Source: Squalus acanthias | Lineage: Eukaryota | Length of the DNA stretch: 64,000 nt | Direction: 5' to 3' | Assembly: GCA_030390025.1 (NCBI GenBank) | Contig: CM059431.1 | Location: 149,112,001-149,176,000, forward strand | In this document: one piece after another, positions 12,282 through 23,700 of the stretch | Layout: the number at the start of each line of letters is the position of its first letter | Position numbering within the stretch: the first letter of the stretch is position 1 | Notes under the pieces: model-generated | What the model saw: the letters and a program-made list of their open reading frames with translations, nothing else | The model's database searches: none | Told to the model about the DNA's origin: nothing | Program-made: the position numbers and the translations under genes

Positions 12282-13183
12282 TGAACTTAGTGACGATTGT
12301 GATCCTGTCTCAGGGAAAGTGCGGTCTCTCCAAATGTGTCACTCGGTACCTGGTGGCCATGGCAGCGGCAGATCTACTGGTCGTTATCCTCGATCTGATA
12401 CTGAGGCAGATTCCGATTGCTTATATGGAACAGTTTCTTTTCTTGAAGTCATTCCCCGTGTGCAATATCCACGCCGTCCTGCTTTATGCAGCCACGGACT
12501 GCTCTGTCTGGTTCACCGTCACTTTCACCTTTGATAGATTTGTGGCAATCTGTCGCCAGAAGCTGAAAACTAATTATTGCACAGAGAAATCGGCGGCTGT
12601 GGTTTTGGGAACAGTGACTGTGCTGAGCGGGTTAAAGAACATTTTCTGGTATTTTATGTTCAATGATCGGTATATACTTATGAACTTCCCCTGGTTTTGT
12701 GATGTAACAATCCGTGTTCTGTTTTCCCGGATCTGGGGAGCAATCGAGTTCCTTCATTATATTCTCACCCCGGGGATCCCGTTTGTTGTGATTCTGCTGC
12801 TCAATGCTGTCACCGTCAGACACATTTTAGTGTCCAACAGAGCCCGCAGGAGACTTCGGGGTCCCAGCAGTGGGGAGAGTCCCAGAGACCCAGAGATGGA
12901 GAGCCGCAGGAAATCCATAATTTTATTGCTTGTTATCTCCGGCAATTTCATCCTGCTATGGGCAGCTTTTACGGTGTTTGCTCTTTGGAACCGCATGTTT
13001 TTTCTGGGGTTTCGTAATATGGATCCACCTACTTTTTTACAGGAATTGGGATTGATGTTGCAGCTGCTGAGTTGCTGCACAAATACTGGGATTTATGCCT
13101 TGACCCAGACTAAGTTCAGAGAGCAGTTGAAGAACGTTGGGAAATATCTCTTCGCTCTGACTGTAAAATTCATTAAAAAATGA
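12282..13183 (+). CDS. Exon 2 of a class A orphan GPCR, GPR139/GPR142-like
   Basis: Acceptor ttcctcacag|TGAAC; open 300 codons; YLVAMAAADLL, TFDRFVAIC (DRY-like), LSCCTNTGIY (NPxxY-like); several hydrophobic segments. Confidence 0.88.
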
Positions 13184-13289
13184 AAAGAAGCGGAGACTTT
13201 GTAGCCTGAAAGCTCCCAAGTCCACATATTGTGGCGACCCGCTCTTTCCCGAACCAGCCCGCCCCCCGGCGGGAAAATTCATGTTAAAA

Positions 13290-13790
13290 AGTTGACCGCC
13301 ACGGCGCCCCGCACAAAAATGGCGGCTCCGGTACCTCGCACAATGATGGCAGCTCCGGTAGCGCCAAAAAATTTAGCGGCCCCGGCGCCAAGCACAAAGT
13401 TGTCGTACCCGGCGCCCCGCAGAAAAATGGCGCACCCCGGCGGAACGCACAAAGATTGCGGCTCGGTTGCACCGCACAACGATAGCGGCCCTTGGCGCTC
13501 CGCGCAAAGATGGCGGCTGTGGCGCACCTGACAAAAAAGGCGGCGCTGGCGTACCGCAGAAAGATAGCGGCTCTGGCACTACTGCGCAATAATGTCGACT
13601 GCGGCGCTCATAAAAAATATGGCGGCTCTGGCGTCCGGCACAAAGATGGTGGCTCTGGTGCTCCTAACAAATATGCCGGCTCTGGAGCCCCTAACAAAGA
13701 TGTCGGCCCCGGCGCCTCGCAGAAATAAATAGTTTCTCTGGTGCCCCGCAAAAAAGATGGCGGCTCTGGCGGCACTCACAAAAATCGCGG
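13290..13790. repeat. GC/CpG-rich ~27-bp minisatellite (GGCGGCTCTGGCGCCCCGCACAAAGAT)
   Basis: Repeated unit; 9-aa periodicity in spurious ORFs (MAAPVPRTM). Confidence 0.8.
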
Positions 13791-13919
13791 CCAATTCTAT
13801 GGTTTTATGAATGATACTACTCACAATTTTACAATTTCCCTATATTTTCAAGAGGTGCTTGATAAAGTTGCAAATATTAACAACACTGAAGCCCATGGAA
13901 GCAAATTGGCAGTGGCCAC

Positions 13920-15382
13920 AGTGAGTAGTGCGAGGTATATCAGTGTTAGAGTGAGTGGTGTGGGGTGTAACAGTCCAGAATGTGACATGTATCAGACGGT
14001 TACAGTGAGTGGTGTGGGGTACATAAGATTATAAATGTGAGGGGAGTGGGGTATTACAGAGTGTGTTACAATGAGTGGCGTGGGGTATATCAGAGTGTTA
14101 ACGTGAGGGGTGTTGTGTATATCAGTATTCCAGTGACTGGTGTGGGGTGTAACTGTCCAGAATGTAGCATTTATCAGAGTGTTACAATGAGGGGTGTGGG
14201 GTATATCAGACTGTTAGAGTGAGGGGTTTGGGGTATATCAGAGGGTTACCGTGAGGGGTGTGGTGCCTATTTGACTGTTAAAGTGAGGAGCGTGGGGTAT
14301 ATCACAGTGTTACAGTGAGGTGTGTGGGGTATATCAGAGAGTGTTAGAGTGAAGGGTGCCGGCATATCAGATTGTTACAGTGAGCAATGTGCGGGAATTC
14401 AGATTGTTGCCATGAGCAGTGTGTGGTATATCAGAGTGTTACAGCGAATGGTGTGGGATATCTCAGAGTATTACTGCGTTGTGGGGTATATCAGAGTCTT
14501 ACAGCTAGTGGTGTGGGGTATATCACAGTGGTAAATTGAGGGGTGTGTGGTATATAAGAGTTTTACAGTGAGGAGTGTGGGGTGTTTCAGAATGTTACAG
14601 TGTGGGTTGTGGAGTATATCAGAGTGTGTCACAGCGAGTGGTGTGGGGAGTAACAGCCAGTGTGTGGTATATATCAGAGTGTTAGAGTGAGTGGTGTGGG
14701 GTATATCAAAGTGTTATAGTGAGGGGTGTGGGATATATCAAATTGTTACAGTGATGTGTCTGGCGAATACGAGTGTGTAACAGTGAGGTGTATGGGTATA
14801 TAAGTGTGTTACACTGAGAGGTCTGGGTCATAACAGAGTGTTACTGTGAGGGATGTGTGGTATATTAGATTTTTACCGTGAGGGTGGTGTAGTATATAAG
14901 AGAGTTAGAGTGAGAAGTGTGGGTATATCAGATGTCTGCAGTGAGTGATGTGGTTTACATCGGTGTTACAGTAATGGGTGTGGTGTATATAAGAATACTA
15001 CAGTGAGGGATGTTGGATGAACCACAGTGGTACAGTAAGGGAGTGTTGGTTATTTTAATGTTACAGTGAGGGTGTGAGTTATATCAGAATGTTACATTGA
15101 TGGATGTGAAGCATATCATAGTAAGTTACAGTGTGGGGTATATAAGAGTGTTACATTGAGTGGTGTGGGGTGTATTACAGTATTACAGTGAGGGGTGTGG
15201 GATATATCTGAGTGTTAAAGTGAGGGGTGTGGAGCATATCAAACTGTCTTGTAGTGATGGAGGTGGTGTTTATCAGAGTGTGACAGTGAGGATGCCGGAG
15301 TGTATCAGAGTGATGCGAGGTATATCAATACTACAGTTAGGGGTATTTGGTATATCAAAAGATTAGAGTGACAGGTGTGTGG
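13920..15382. repeat. ~32-bp minisatellite (GTGTTACAGTGAGGGGTGTGGGGTATATCAGA), left part
   Basis: Degenerate tandem units; continues after the Gypsy insertion. Confidence 0.9.
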
Positions 15383-15576
15383 TGTCGTAAGAATGAGCCT
15401 TACTCGTGGTGAACTTAAAGTAAGCTTTAATCAACTAAAAAGGTGCTACATACAAAAGAGGTCTTACTCTATGCCTCTCCCGGATCCAACTGATCAGCCC
15501 AGTATTTATCCTGGACTAATCACAGGAAGTAATGTAATAAAGTTCGAGTCACAGGAAGCTGTATTGTGTTACCACA
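15383..15576 (-). repeat. Gypsy 3' LTR
   Basis: Direct repeat of 19670-19863; adjacent PPT GGGGGGGGAGAA (minus, 15577-15588). Confidence 0.95.
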
Positions 15577-15961
15577 TTCTCCCCCCCCAAAAAAAATTAG
15601 GAGGCCGGGATGAACTTCGAGTCACAGGAAGCTGTATTGTGTTACCACATTCTCCCTCCATTTCGTAGCCGCTGGACGAGGGAGAGCAGCACCCGTTTGG
15701 GTTCTCGTAGCGGTAGAGGGCCCCTAGCCCGTTTACCCGCCGCGGGCCGTGGACCAGAGTCCGAGTGATCCAGCCCGCTCTGTGAGGGGTCAGGACGATC
15801 CTGACTGTGTACTGGTGCCCGAACGGGTGTCGGGCAGGGCTGTGGCAGATCCGTTTCCGAGCGTATGGTACGGGGTGGATCGTGGCTGAGCGTGCGAGCC
15901 CCGACGGGCTCATAGTCAGTCTGCCCCAGGTCGGCACGCTGGAGTGAGGTACCAGCCGGCG

Positions 15962-18900
15962 TCAGATCCAGATCGTGATGAGAGGCACCTGGCGAGCCCA
16001 GAGATGTGCCTGGTACAATATCATCCCCGGGGGCCCTCTATGTTTCGGCGGGCAGGGAGCCAGATCCCGCAATGACACGGTAGATTCCCGACCGTCAGGA
16101 TACCGAATATAGGCGTAGGTAGGGTTGACGTCAGTGAGCTCAACCTCATCTACCAGGGGGTCATTCTTAGACGCCCGAACATATCTTCGGAGTAGCACTG
16201 GTCCCGCTGCAGTCAGCCACGACGGGAGAGATATCCCATAGGATGAGCGACGCTGAAATCGGAAGAACCGTTCATGAGGCGTCGTATTTGTGGCGGTCGA
16301 AAGGAGGGACCTTGTGGAGTGTAATGCGTCTGGAAGTACTGCTTCCCATTGCTGGTTGGGTAGGCCCCGAGATCTCAAAGCCAGACGTACCGCATTCCAG
16401 ATGATAGCGTTAAAACGCTCGACTTGCCCATTCCCGACCGGATGATAAGGCGTCGTTCTGCTGGCAGCAATACCCCGTTCCGAGAGATAGGCCTTGAGTT
16501 CTCCTGACATAAAAGAACGGCCCCGATCCGAATGAACATAGGATGCCATGCCACAGAAAGCAAATACCTGCTCAAGGCAGCTGATAACCGTGGTCGTCAG
16601 CATATTGGGGCAGGGAAAGGCAAATGGAAAACGGGAATACTCATCGACCATGGTCAATAGATAAGTGTTGCGAGTTGAAGAGGGCAACGGCCCCTTAAAA
16701 TCGATGCTAAGCCGTTGCATTGGCTGGGTCGCATGTATGAGTATACCACCCGAGGGGCGGAAAAACTGAGGTTTCAATTCCGCACAGACTCTGCAGTCCG
16801 AGCACATCTTCTTTACATCCCCGGTAGAGAATGGGAGATTTCGGGACCGCACGAAGTGTAGCATGCGAGGAACGCCCGGATGACACAACCCATCATGGAT
16901 GTCTACGAGCGTAGAGGGTGCCATGGCGGAGCAGAATGCTCGTATGAGGGTATCCGGAGCCACATTCTCCTTGCCAGGTCGATAGTGGATGGTGTAACCA
17001 AAAGAGGCCAATTCCAGCCGCCAAAGCTGGATTTTATTATTTTTAATTTTGGTCCGTTTTCGATTATCGAGCATGAAGGCGACCGATCGCTGGTCCGTGA
17101 TTAAGGTAAAGTGCTGGCGAGCTAGGAGATGAGTCCACTTCCGTACTGCCTCTATGATGGCTGTGGCTTCTTTCTCGACTGGAGGATAATGTAGCTCAGC
17201 CCCTTGAAAAGTCCTGGACAAAAATGCCACCGGACGACCTTCCTGATTCAGAGTGGCCGAGATCGCCACCTCCGAGGCATCACACTCAACAACAAAAGGA
17301 AGACTCTCATCGATGGAGTGAAGAGCCGCTTTCTCCAACTGTTTTTTCAGGAGGTTAAAGGCTGCAACAGCCGCTGTGTCTAGTGGGAATGTGCTGGCCT
17401 TCAGTAGAGGTTGGATTCGGTCCGAGAAGTTAGGAATCCATTTAGCATAGTATGCGAACAGGCCGAGGGCCCGGCGCAAGGAGGCCGGATTCTTAGGTGG
17501 CGGGAGTTCTTGGAGTGGGCGAAGCCTTTCAGGGTCAGGTTTAATGATGCCATTGCCCACACAATAGCCAAGGATGTTGATGGTTGGTTGTGACTCAATG
17601 GATTTAGCCGCATTTAATGTCAAATTACGGTGCTGGAGTGCATCCCAAAATCGTTGGAGATTGGCGTCATTTTCCCGCTGATTGCGACCTGCGACAGTAA
17701 TATTGTCCAGATAAGGAAACGTATCCTTTAAGTCTTCCTGTTTGACCAGGTCATCCATTGCTCGCTGGAAGACAGCCACTCCATTAGTGACCCCAAAGGG
17801 GAGCCGACGAAATTGATACAGCCGTCCATTGGCTTCAAAGGCCGTATACTGCTTGTCTGAGACCTTCAAGGGTACCTGATGATAGGCACTTTTCAGATCA
17901 TATGTTGAGAACACCATGTACTCAGCCAGTTTATTAACCATATCATCGATGCGCGGCAATGGGTATGCGTCCAAGTCCGTATATTGATTGATGGTCTGTG
18001 AACAGTCAATGCACAGCCGTTTCTTGTGAGGTTGTAGAGGGTTCTTAACAATAAGGACCTGGGCGCGCCATGGCGACGAACAAGGCTCGATGATATCCTC
18101 TGCTAAAAGCCCAGAAATCTCAGCCGCAATAAAAGACTGGTCTTCCTGACTGAAACGTCGTGACTTTGTTATAATCGGTTTGCATCGAGGAGGGATACTG
18201 GTAAACAGTGAGGGTTCATCCAGTGAAGCTGCTGACAATGCACAGAACGGTAATCGAGGTCGTATATTAGAAATAGTGAGTTCAGGTTTGGATCCGCCGA
18301 ACTCAATGGTGAGCTTCTTATGCTGCTTTTGAAAATCTAGCCCTAAGATAAGATCACTACATAAGTCCTTGAGCACCGAAAGCCGGGTGGAGGGATACCT
18401 GTGACCATTAAGTGTTATTTCAACCATACAAAAGCCAGAAATTCTGGTATTAAGTGATGACTGAGCCATCGCAATTGCCTGGTCCGATGGGAAAAGATGT
18501 AGCTTTAACTCTGCAACAATCTGTTCCCTAATGAAACTATCAGTGGTACCTGAGTCAATTAAGGCATCTAAAGTATATCCATTAATTGATGCTTTTGTAG
18601 CTGCATGGAATAGGTTCTGAGGACAAGCAGCTGTAATTGGTGTCGTTGCACAAAGAGTGGCTGAAACTCTAGGTGTGTTTCTTCGAGAGAAAACCCGAGA
18701 GGAAGCACGATAGATTTTAGCTGGAACATCTTGATAGACCCTTACCGGGGCAGTTCGGTAGGACTTAGCTTGATAAGCCCTCGTAGAGGCTCTTGATAGG
18801 CAAACCTTTGCAAAATGACCCTTTTTGTTGCAATGACTGCAAAACGCATTGCGAGCAGGGCAGAATTTCCGAGGGTGAAACTCATCGCCACAAAAGAAGC

Positions 18901-19591
18901 ATTTCTTAGATTGCCAAGAGGCTGCCACAGTGGGGTCATCATCCTCTTCATCAGTGAAGTCATCAGATTGATCGTCAGGGATAAAGTCCTCCCTAATAGA
19001 GTTCACCTGTGGCCTCTTAAATTGCCTGACTGTAGTTAAGGCAGCAGACCGAGGTCTGGGCACTGTATAAAGGTCTGCATTTCTTTTTGCCAGATCTAGA
19101 GAGCAAGCCATGTCATAAGCTCTCTGAAGCTCAAGTGTCTTACTTTCCAGTAGACGCTGGCGTATAAATGGGGAGGCAAGCCCGCAGATGAAAGCATCAC
19201 GGATCATTTCTTCACGGTACAGCTCAGCTGAGGCCGCCTGAAAGTTACAGTCCATACTAAGTCTGCGAAGCTCTTGGAGGAATTTATCAATGGATTCCTC
19301 CGGCCCTTGTTGGGCTGTAGCTAGTAGATGTCTGGCATAGACCTCATTCGGTGTCTTAGTATATAGTCTTTTAAGCGTCCGAATTGCCTCCTCGTAACTG
19401 CCCCATTCCTCGACATACTGAAATACATTCGGGGTGACACAGTTGATGAGTATCCGCAATTTTGAGTCATCATCAGCCTTGCAATATTCGAGAAAATTGT
19501 CAAACGTGCGATACCAGTGTTTCCACACCTTACCGGCTGCTGGGGTGTTTGGGTCCAAGTCAAGACGCGATGGTTTAAGGATGTTTTCCAT
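15962..19591 (-). CDS. Gypsy Gag-Pol polyprotein (1209 aa; Gag with zinc knuckles, PR, RT, RNase H, IN)
   Basis: CFFCGDEFHPRKFC/CSHCNKKGHFAKVC; ALIDSGT; YLDN; CDASEVA; HDGLCHPG...CSDC; IDFKGPL, HSDRG, GQVERFN. Confidence 0.96.
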   Translation of the reverse strand: MENILKPSRLDLDPNTPAAGKVWKHWYRTFDNFLEYCKADDDSKLRILINCVTPNVFQYVEEWGSYEEAIRTLKRLYTKTPNEVYARHLLATAQQGPEESIDKFLQELRRLSMDCNFQAASAELYREEMIRDAFICGLASPFIRQRLLESKTLELQRAYDMACSLDLAKRNADLYTVPRPRSAALTTVRQFKRPQVNSIREDFIPDDQSDDFTDEEDDDPTVAASWQSKKCFFCGDEFHPRKFCPARNAFCSHCNKKGHFAKVCLSRASTRAYQAKSYRTAPVRVYQDVPAKIYRASSRVFSRRNTPRVSATLCATTPITAACPQNLFHAATKASINGYTLDALIDSGTTDSFIREQIVAELKLHLFPSDQAIAMAQSSLNTRISGFCMVEITLNGHRYPSTRLSVLKDLCSDLILGLDFQKQHKKLTIEFGGSKPELTISNIRPRLPFCALSAASLDEPSLFTSIPPRCKPIITKSRRFSQEDQSFIAAEISGLLAEDIIEPCSSPWRAQVLIVKNPLQPHKKRLCIDCSQTINQYTDLDAYPLPRIDDMVNKLAEYMVFSTYDLKSAYHQVPLKVSDKQYTAFEANGRLYQFRRLPFGVTNGVAVFQRAMDDLVKQEDLKDTFPYLDNITVAGRNQRENDANLQRFWDALQHRNLTLNAAKSIESQPTINILGYCVGNGIIKPDPERLRPLQELPPPKNPASLRRALGLFAYYAKWIPNFSDRIQPLLKASTFPLDTAAVAAFNLLKKQLEKAALHSIDESLPFVVECDASEVAISATLNQEGRPVAFLSRTFQGAELHYPPVEKEATAIIEAVRKWTHLLARQHFTLITDQRSVAFMLDNRKRTKIKNNKIQLWRLELASFGYTIHYRPGKENVAPDTLIRAFCSAMAPSTLVDIHDGLCHPGVPRMLHFVRSRNLPFSTGDVKKMCSDCRVCAELKPQFFRPSGGILIHATQPMQRLSIDFKGPLPSSTRNTYLLTMVDEYSRFPFAFPCPNMLTTTVISCLEQVFAFCGMASYVHSDRGRSFMSGELKAYLSERGIAASRTTPYHPVGNGQVERFNAIIWNAVRLALRSRGLPNQQWEAVLPDALHSTRSLLSTATNTTPHERFFRFQRRSSYGISLPSWLTAAGPVLLRRYVRASKNDPLVDEVELTDVNPTYAYIRYPDGRESTVSLRDLAPCPPKHRGPPGMILYQAHLWARQVPLITIWI

Positions 19592-19669
19592 GATGGGTGA
19601 TTCCCTGGATCCTTAGTTCCGAGTTCGTCCAAAAAGTTTGAGTGCGAAGTTTTTCAAAGTTGATTAAAT

Positions 19670-19863
19670 TGTCGTAAGAATGAGCCTTACGCGTGGTGAA
19701 CTTAAAGTAAGCTTTAATCAACTAAAAAGGTGCTACATACAAAAGAGGTCTTACTCTATGCCTCTCCCGGATCCAATTGATCAGCCCAGTATTTATCCTG
19801 GACTAATCACAGGAAGTGATGTAATAAAGTTCGAGTCACAGGAAGCTGTATTGTGTTACCACA
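19670..19863 (-). repeat. Gypsy 5' LTR
   Basis: Direct repeat of 15383-15576. Confidence 0.95.
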
Positions 19864-20400
19864 TGTGGTATATCAGTTTTAGAGTGAGGGGTGTGTGGTA
19901 TAACAGAGTGCGATAGTGAGTGATGTGGGGTATATTAGAGCGTTACATTGAGAGGCTTAGGGTATATCAGAATGTTACAGTGAGGGGTGTGGGGTATATC
20001 AGAGTGTTACAGTGAGAGGTGTAGGGTATATCAGAGCTTTACAGTGAGGAGTGTGGGGTATATCAGAGTGTTAAATTTTGGGGTGTGGGTTATATCAGAG
20101 TGTTATAGTGATTGTTGTAGCGGATATCAGTGTTACAGCGAGAGTTGAGGTCCACAACTGAAATTTATTGGGCAGCGGGGGTTTATCAGGGCATTGCACT
20201 GAGAGGTTTGCGGTATATCAGTGTGTTACATTTATGGGGTGTGGTGTATCAGAGTTTTACAATAAAGAGTGTGGGGAATTGCAGTGTGGTACAGTGAGGG
20301 TTCAGGGCATATCAGATTGTTACAATGAGTGTTGTGGGGTATATTTGAGTTTTACATTGAGGGGTGTGGTGTATATCAGAGTACTATAACGAGTGGTGTG
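19864..20400. repeat. ~32-bp minisatellite, right part
   Basis: 32-bp period at 19981/20013. Confidence 0.9.
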
Positions 20401-20439
20401 GCCAGGAATCGCAAGGCGATCTCGGTGCCAGGCATCGCG

Positions 20440-20610
20440 AGTGGAGCTCGTGACCAGAGACAAGAGGCGAGCTCGGGGCCAGGATCCGCGATGCGAGCTC
20501 GACGCGACTAATAGTGAGTGGAGCTCGGGGCCAGGGATAGCGAGGCGAGCTCGGGGCCAGGGATCGCGAGGTGAGCTCGGGGCCAGGAACAGCGAGTGGC
20601 GCTCGGGGAC
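20440..20610. repeat. Short GC-rich tandem (GCGAGCTCGGGGCCAGG...)
   Basis: Several GAGCTCGGGGCCAGG copies just upstream of the RTE. Confidence 0.6.
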
Positions 20611-20719
20611 AGGAGTACTAATACAAATAGAGGCACAAATACAAAAAAACTGATGCGGCTCCACTAACCTCCCCCCGGCTAAACTTCACCAGAATATCAG
20701 TGCTAATTTGATCTTCTGA

Positions 20720-23700
20720 GACGCAACATAATTCATGTCCGAGGCCGGGACACAGAAGCCAGGACGAGCGCAGCAGCGTGGTCAAGTCCCAAGAGTTGCG
20801 CAGCGTGGACCAGCAGTGGGGTCGGGGCCCAGGGAAGGTGCGGCACGGGCCAACAGCGAGTTCGGGAGTACGACAATGCATGCTACGAAATCCAGGCAGA
20901 GAGGACCTGTGGGTAGGAGGGAGGAGGATTGTAGGAGTATGTTTGTGTGTGTGTGCTTGGCCGATGGTGCAGAGCATTGTCTGCAATCGTCTTGTATCCC
21001 CTTGCCATTGGTCCAAGACATTGCTATGTCGAGCCCGTATGGTAGCTGGTGTGCAACGGTCAGCCCACGTTCAAAGAATTCACGCACAGGCACTTCTACC
21101 ATTTAAAATGAAGTTCAGGACCTGGAACTTAAGGACCCTCATGGACAACTCGGGGAGCTGAGACGTTTCGACAATGACATCGTCGCACTAAGTGAGACCC
21201 GGCGGGCAGGGGAAGGCCAGCTCAAGGAGCAAGGCGTTGGCTACACCTTCTTCTGGAATGACAAACCTGAAGACGGACGCCAGCTCAATGGGATAGGCTT
21301 CACCATAAAAAATGAACTAGCTGGGCTTGTCAGAGACTCCCCTTGCGGTATTAATGAGTGCCTCATGTCTCTTCTACTCAACCTTGCCCGGAACCAGTGC
21401 GCGCCTGTCATCAGTGCTTACGTCACAACACTGGAAGCCACAGACGAACCAAAGAGGAATTCTGCTCCAGCCTCGAAAATTCCCTGTCCCGAGTTCCAAC
21501 AGGCGAAAGTTGTCCGAGCGAGCGACTGCAAGTATGTCCGCATCACCTGCGCCATGACAGGAACTCAAGACTGCTGGACAGACCACCACCTAATCCGCTA
21601 TGTCATCTCCAACAACGTAGCGCCAAAACAGCGGCTGCAACAGAAACAATGCCACAGGGGAATCAACGCTGGAGCACTCTAAGACCCCGCTAAGAAAGCC
21701 CTATTCTGACTGCGCCTCACAAACAATCTGATCACTCCCAGTGATGCAGAGACACAGAGTGTCCACAGCGCCTGGGCTGCACTCAAGGCCTCCATAATCA
21801 ACACCTGTTAAGAGACTCTAGTCGCTCGACCAGTAAACACAAAGACTGGTTCGACGAGGACGACCAGGAAATCCAGGACCTAATAAGTTGCAAGTGCAAG
21901 GCATTCCTGAACTGGAAACTGCAACACAACTCGAGAGCAAGAAAGCAGCTCTACAACCGCCTGAATGCCGAGGTCCAACAAAAAACTCACGACCTAAAGA
22001 ACAGATGGTGGGTGGAGACAGCGCAGGAGATCCAGCAGCTAGCCGACCACCATGACATGCGTGGATTTAAGCGCAGTCAAGACCACCGACGGCCCAAGAA
22101 CCCAAGGTCCTACCCCACTGCGGGCCAAGAATGGAGAGATACTCATCAAGGACAGAGACGCAGTCAGTTTGTCGCTGGAAGAAGCACTACGAAGATCTCC
22201 TTAACCGAGATTCAGTCTTCGACGTGAGTGTCCTCAAATCCATCCCGCAGCATGCTACCCGCCACCATCTCAGCACAACCGCGTGAAATAGAAAAGGCCA
22301 TCCAACAACTGAAGAATAACAAGGCCTCAGGAGCAGATGGAATCCTCGTAGAGGATCTAAAACATGGCTGAGAAGCACTATTGGCACGAATACGTGAACT
22401 CATTTCTCTTATTTGGAAGGAGGAGAGCATGCCAGGAGATCTCAGAGACGCGGTAATCATGACCATCTTCAAGAAAGTTGACAAGTACTATTGTGGTAAT
22501 TACAGAGTTGTCTCCCTGATGTCTGCCACAGTTAAAGTCATCGCAAGAATCCTCCTCAATCGCCTCCTCCCAGTGACTGAAGACATCCTCCCAGAGTCGC
22601 AATGCGGATTCCGCCCACTAAGGGGCAGAATGGACATGATCTTCACCGTGCGTCAACTACAAGAGGAATGCAGGGAATAGAACCAACCCCTGTACATGGC
22701 CTTCTTTGACCTCAAAAACGCCTTTGATATCGTCAACCGTGAGGGATTATTGACTGTCCTCCTCACATTCGGCTGCCCTCAAATATTTATCACCAACCTC
22801 CGCCTGCCTGCTCCACGACGACATGCAAGCTGTAATCCTGAACAACGGATCCACCATAAACCGAATTCGCGTACGACCCGGGGTCAAGCAAGGCTGTGTC
22901 ATCAAACCAACGCTCTTCTAGATCTTCCTTGCTGCAATGCTCCATCTCAACCTCAATAAACTTCCCGCTGGAGTGGAGCTAATCTGAAGAACAAAGGGAA
23001 CACTGTTCAACCTCTGTCGCCTCCAGTCTGGATCCAAGGACGTCCCATCCACTTTAATTAAATTACAGTATGCAGACGACGCTTGCGTCTGCGCTCATTC
23101 TGAGGCCGAAGTCCAAACGAAAGTCAACACCTTCACCGAAGCGTACGAGAGCATGGGCCTTACACTAATCATCCGTCAGACAAAGGTCCTCCTCCAACCT
23201 ACCCCCGCCACACAGTACTGCTCCGTGATTATCAAAATCCAGGACGTGGCCTTCGAGAAGCTGGACCTCTTTCCATACCTCGGGGCCCTACTGTCAACAA
23301 GAGCAGACGTCGATGACGAAGTCCAACACCGACTTCCGTGTGCCAGAGCAGTCTTCGGTCGCCTGAGGAAAATCGTGTTTGAAGACCAGTACCTCAAACC
23401 CGGCACTAAGGTCATGGTTTACAGAACCTGTCCTGTATGCTTCAGAGACATGACCATGTACAGTATGCACTTTAAATCACTGGAGAGGTACCACCAACGC
23501 TGCCTCTGAGTTGGCACGATAGGAGCACCAGCGTCAGTATTCTCGCTCAGGCTCCGATGGACGGGTCAGATCGTTCGCATGGTCGATACGAGATTACCAA
23601 ATCTTGCGCTCTACTCGGAGCTCCGACACGGCAAAGAGTCCCAGGTGGGCAGAGGACACGCTTGAAGGACACCCTCAAAGCCTCCATTAAAAAATGCAAC

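Larger units (their letters stand above)
15383..19863 (-). mobile_element. Full-length Ty3/Gypsy LTR retrotransposon (Mag/SURL-like)
   Basis: Two 194-bp TG...CA LTRs with 3 differences; 5-bp TSD TGTGG (15378-15382, 19864-19868); PPT next to the 3' LTR; single gag-pol ORF. Confidence 0.97.

Noticed and set aside
13229..13824. Cluster of overlapping GC-rich ORFs / apparent CpG island after the GPCR
   Set aside because: Explained by the 27-bp minisatellite; no evidence of a promoter.
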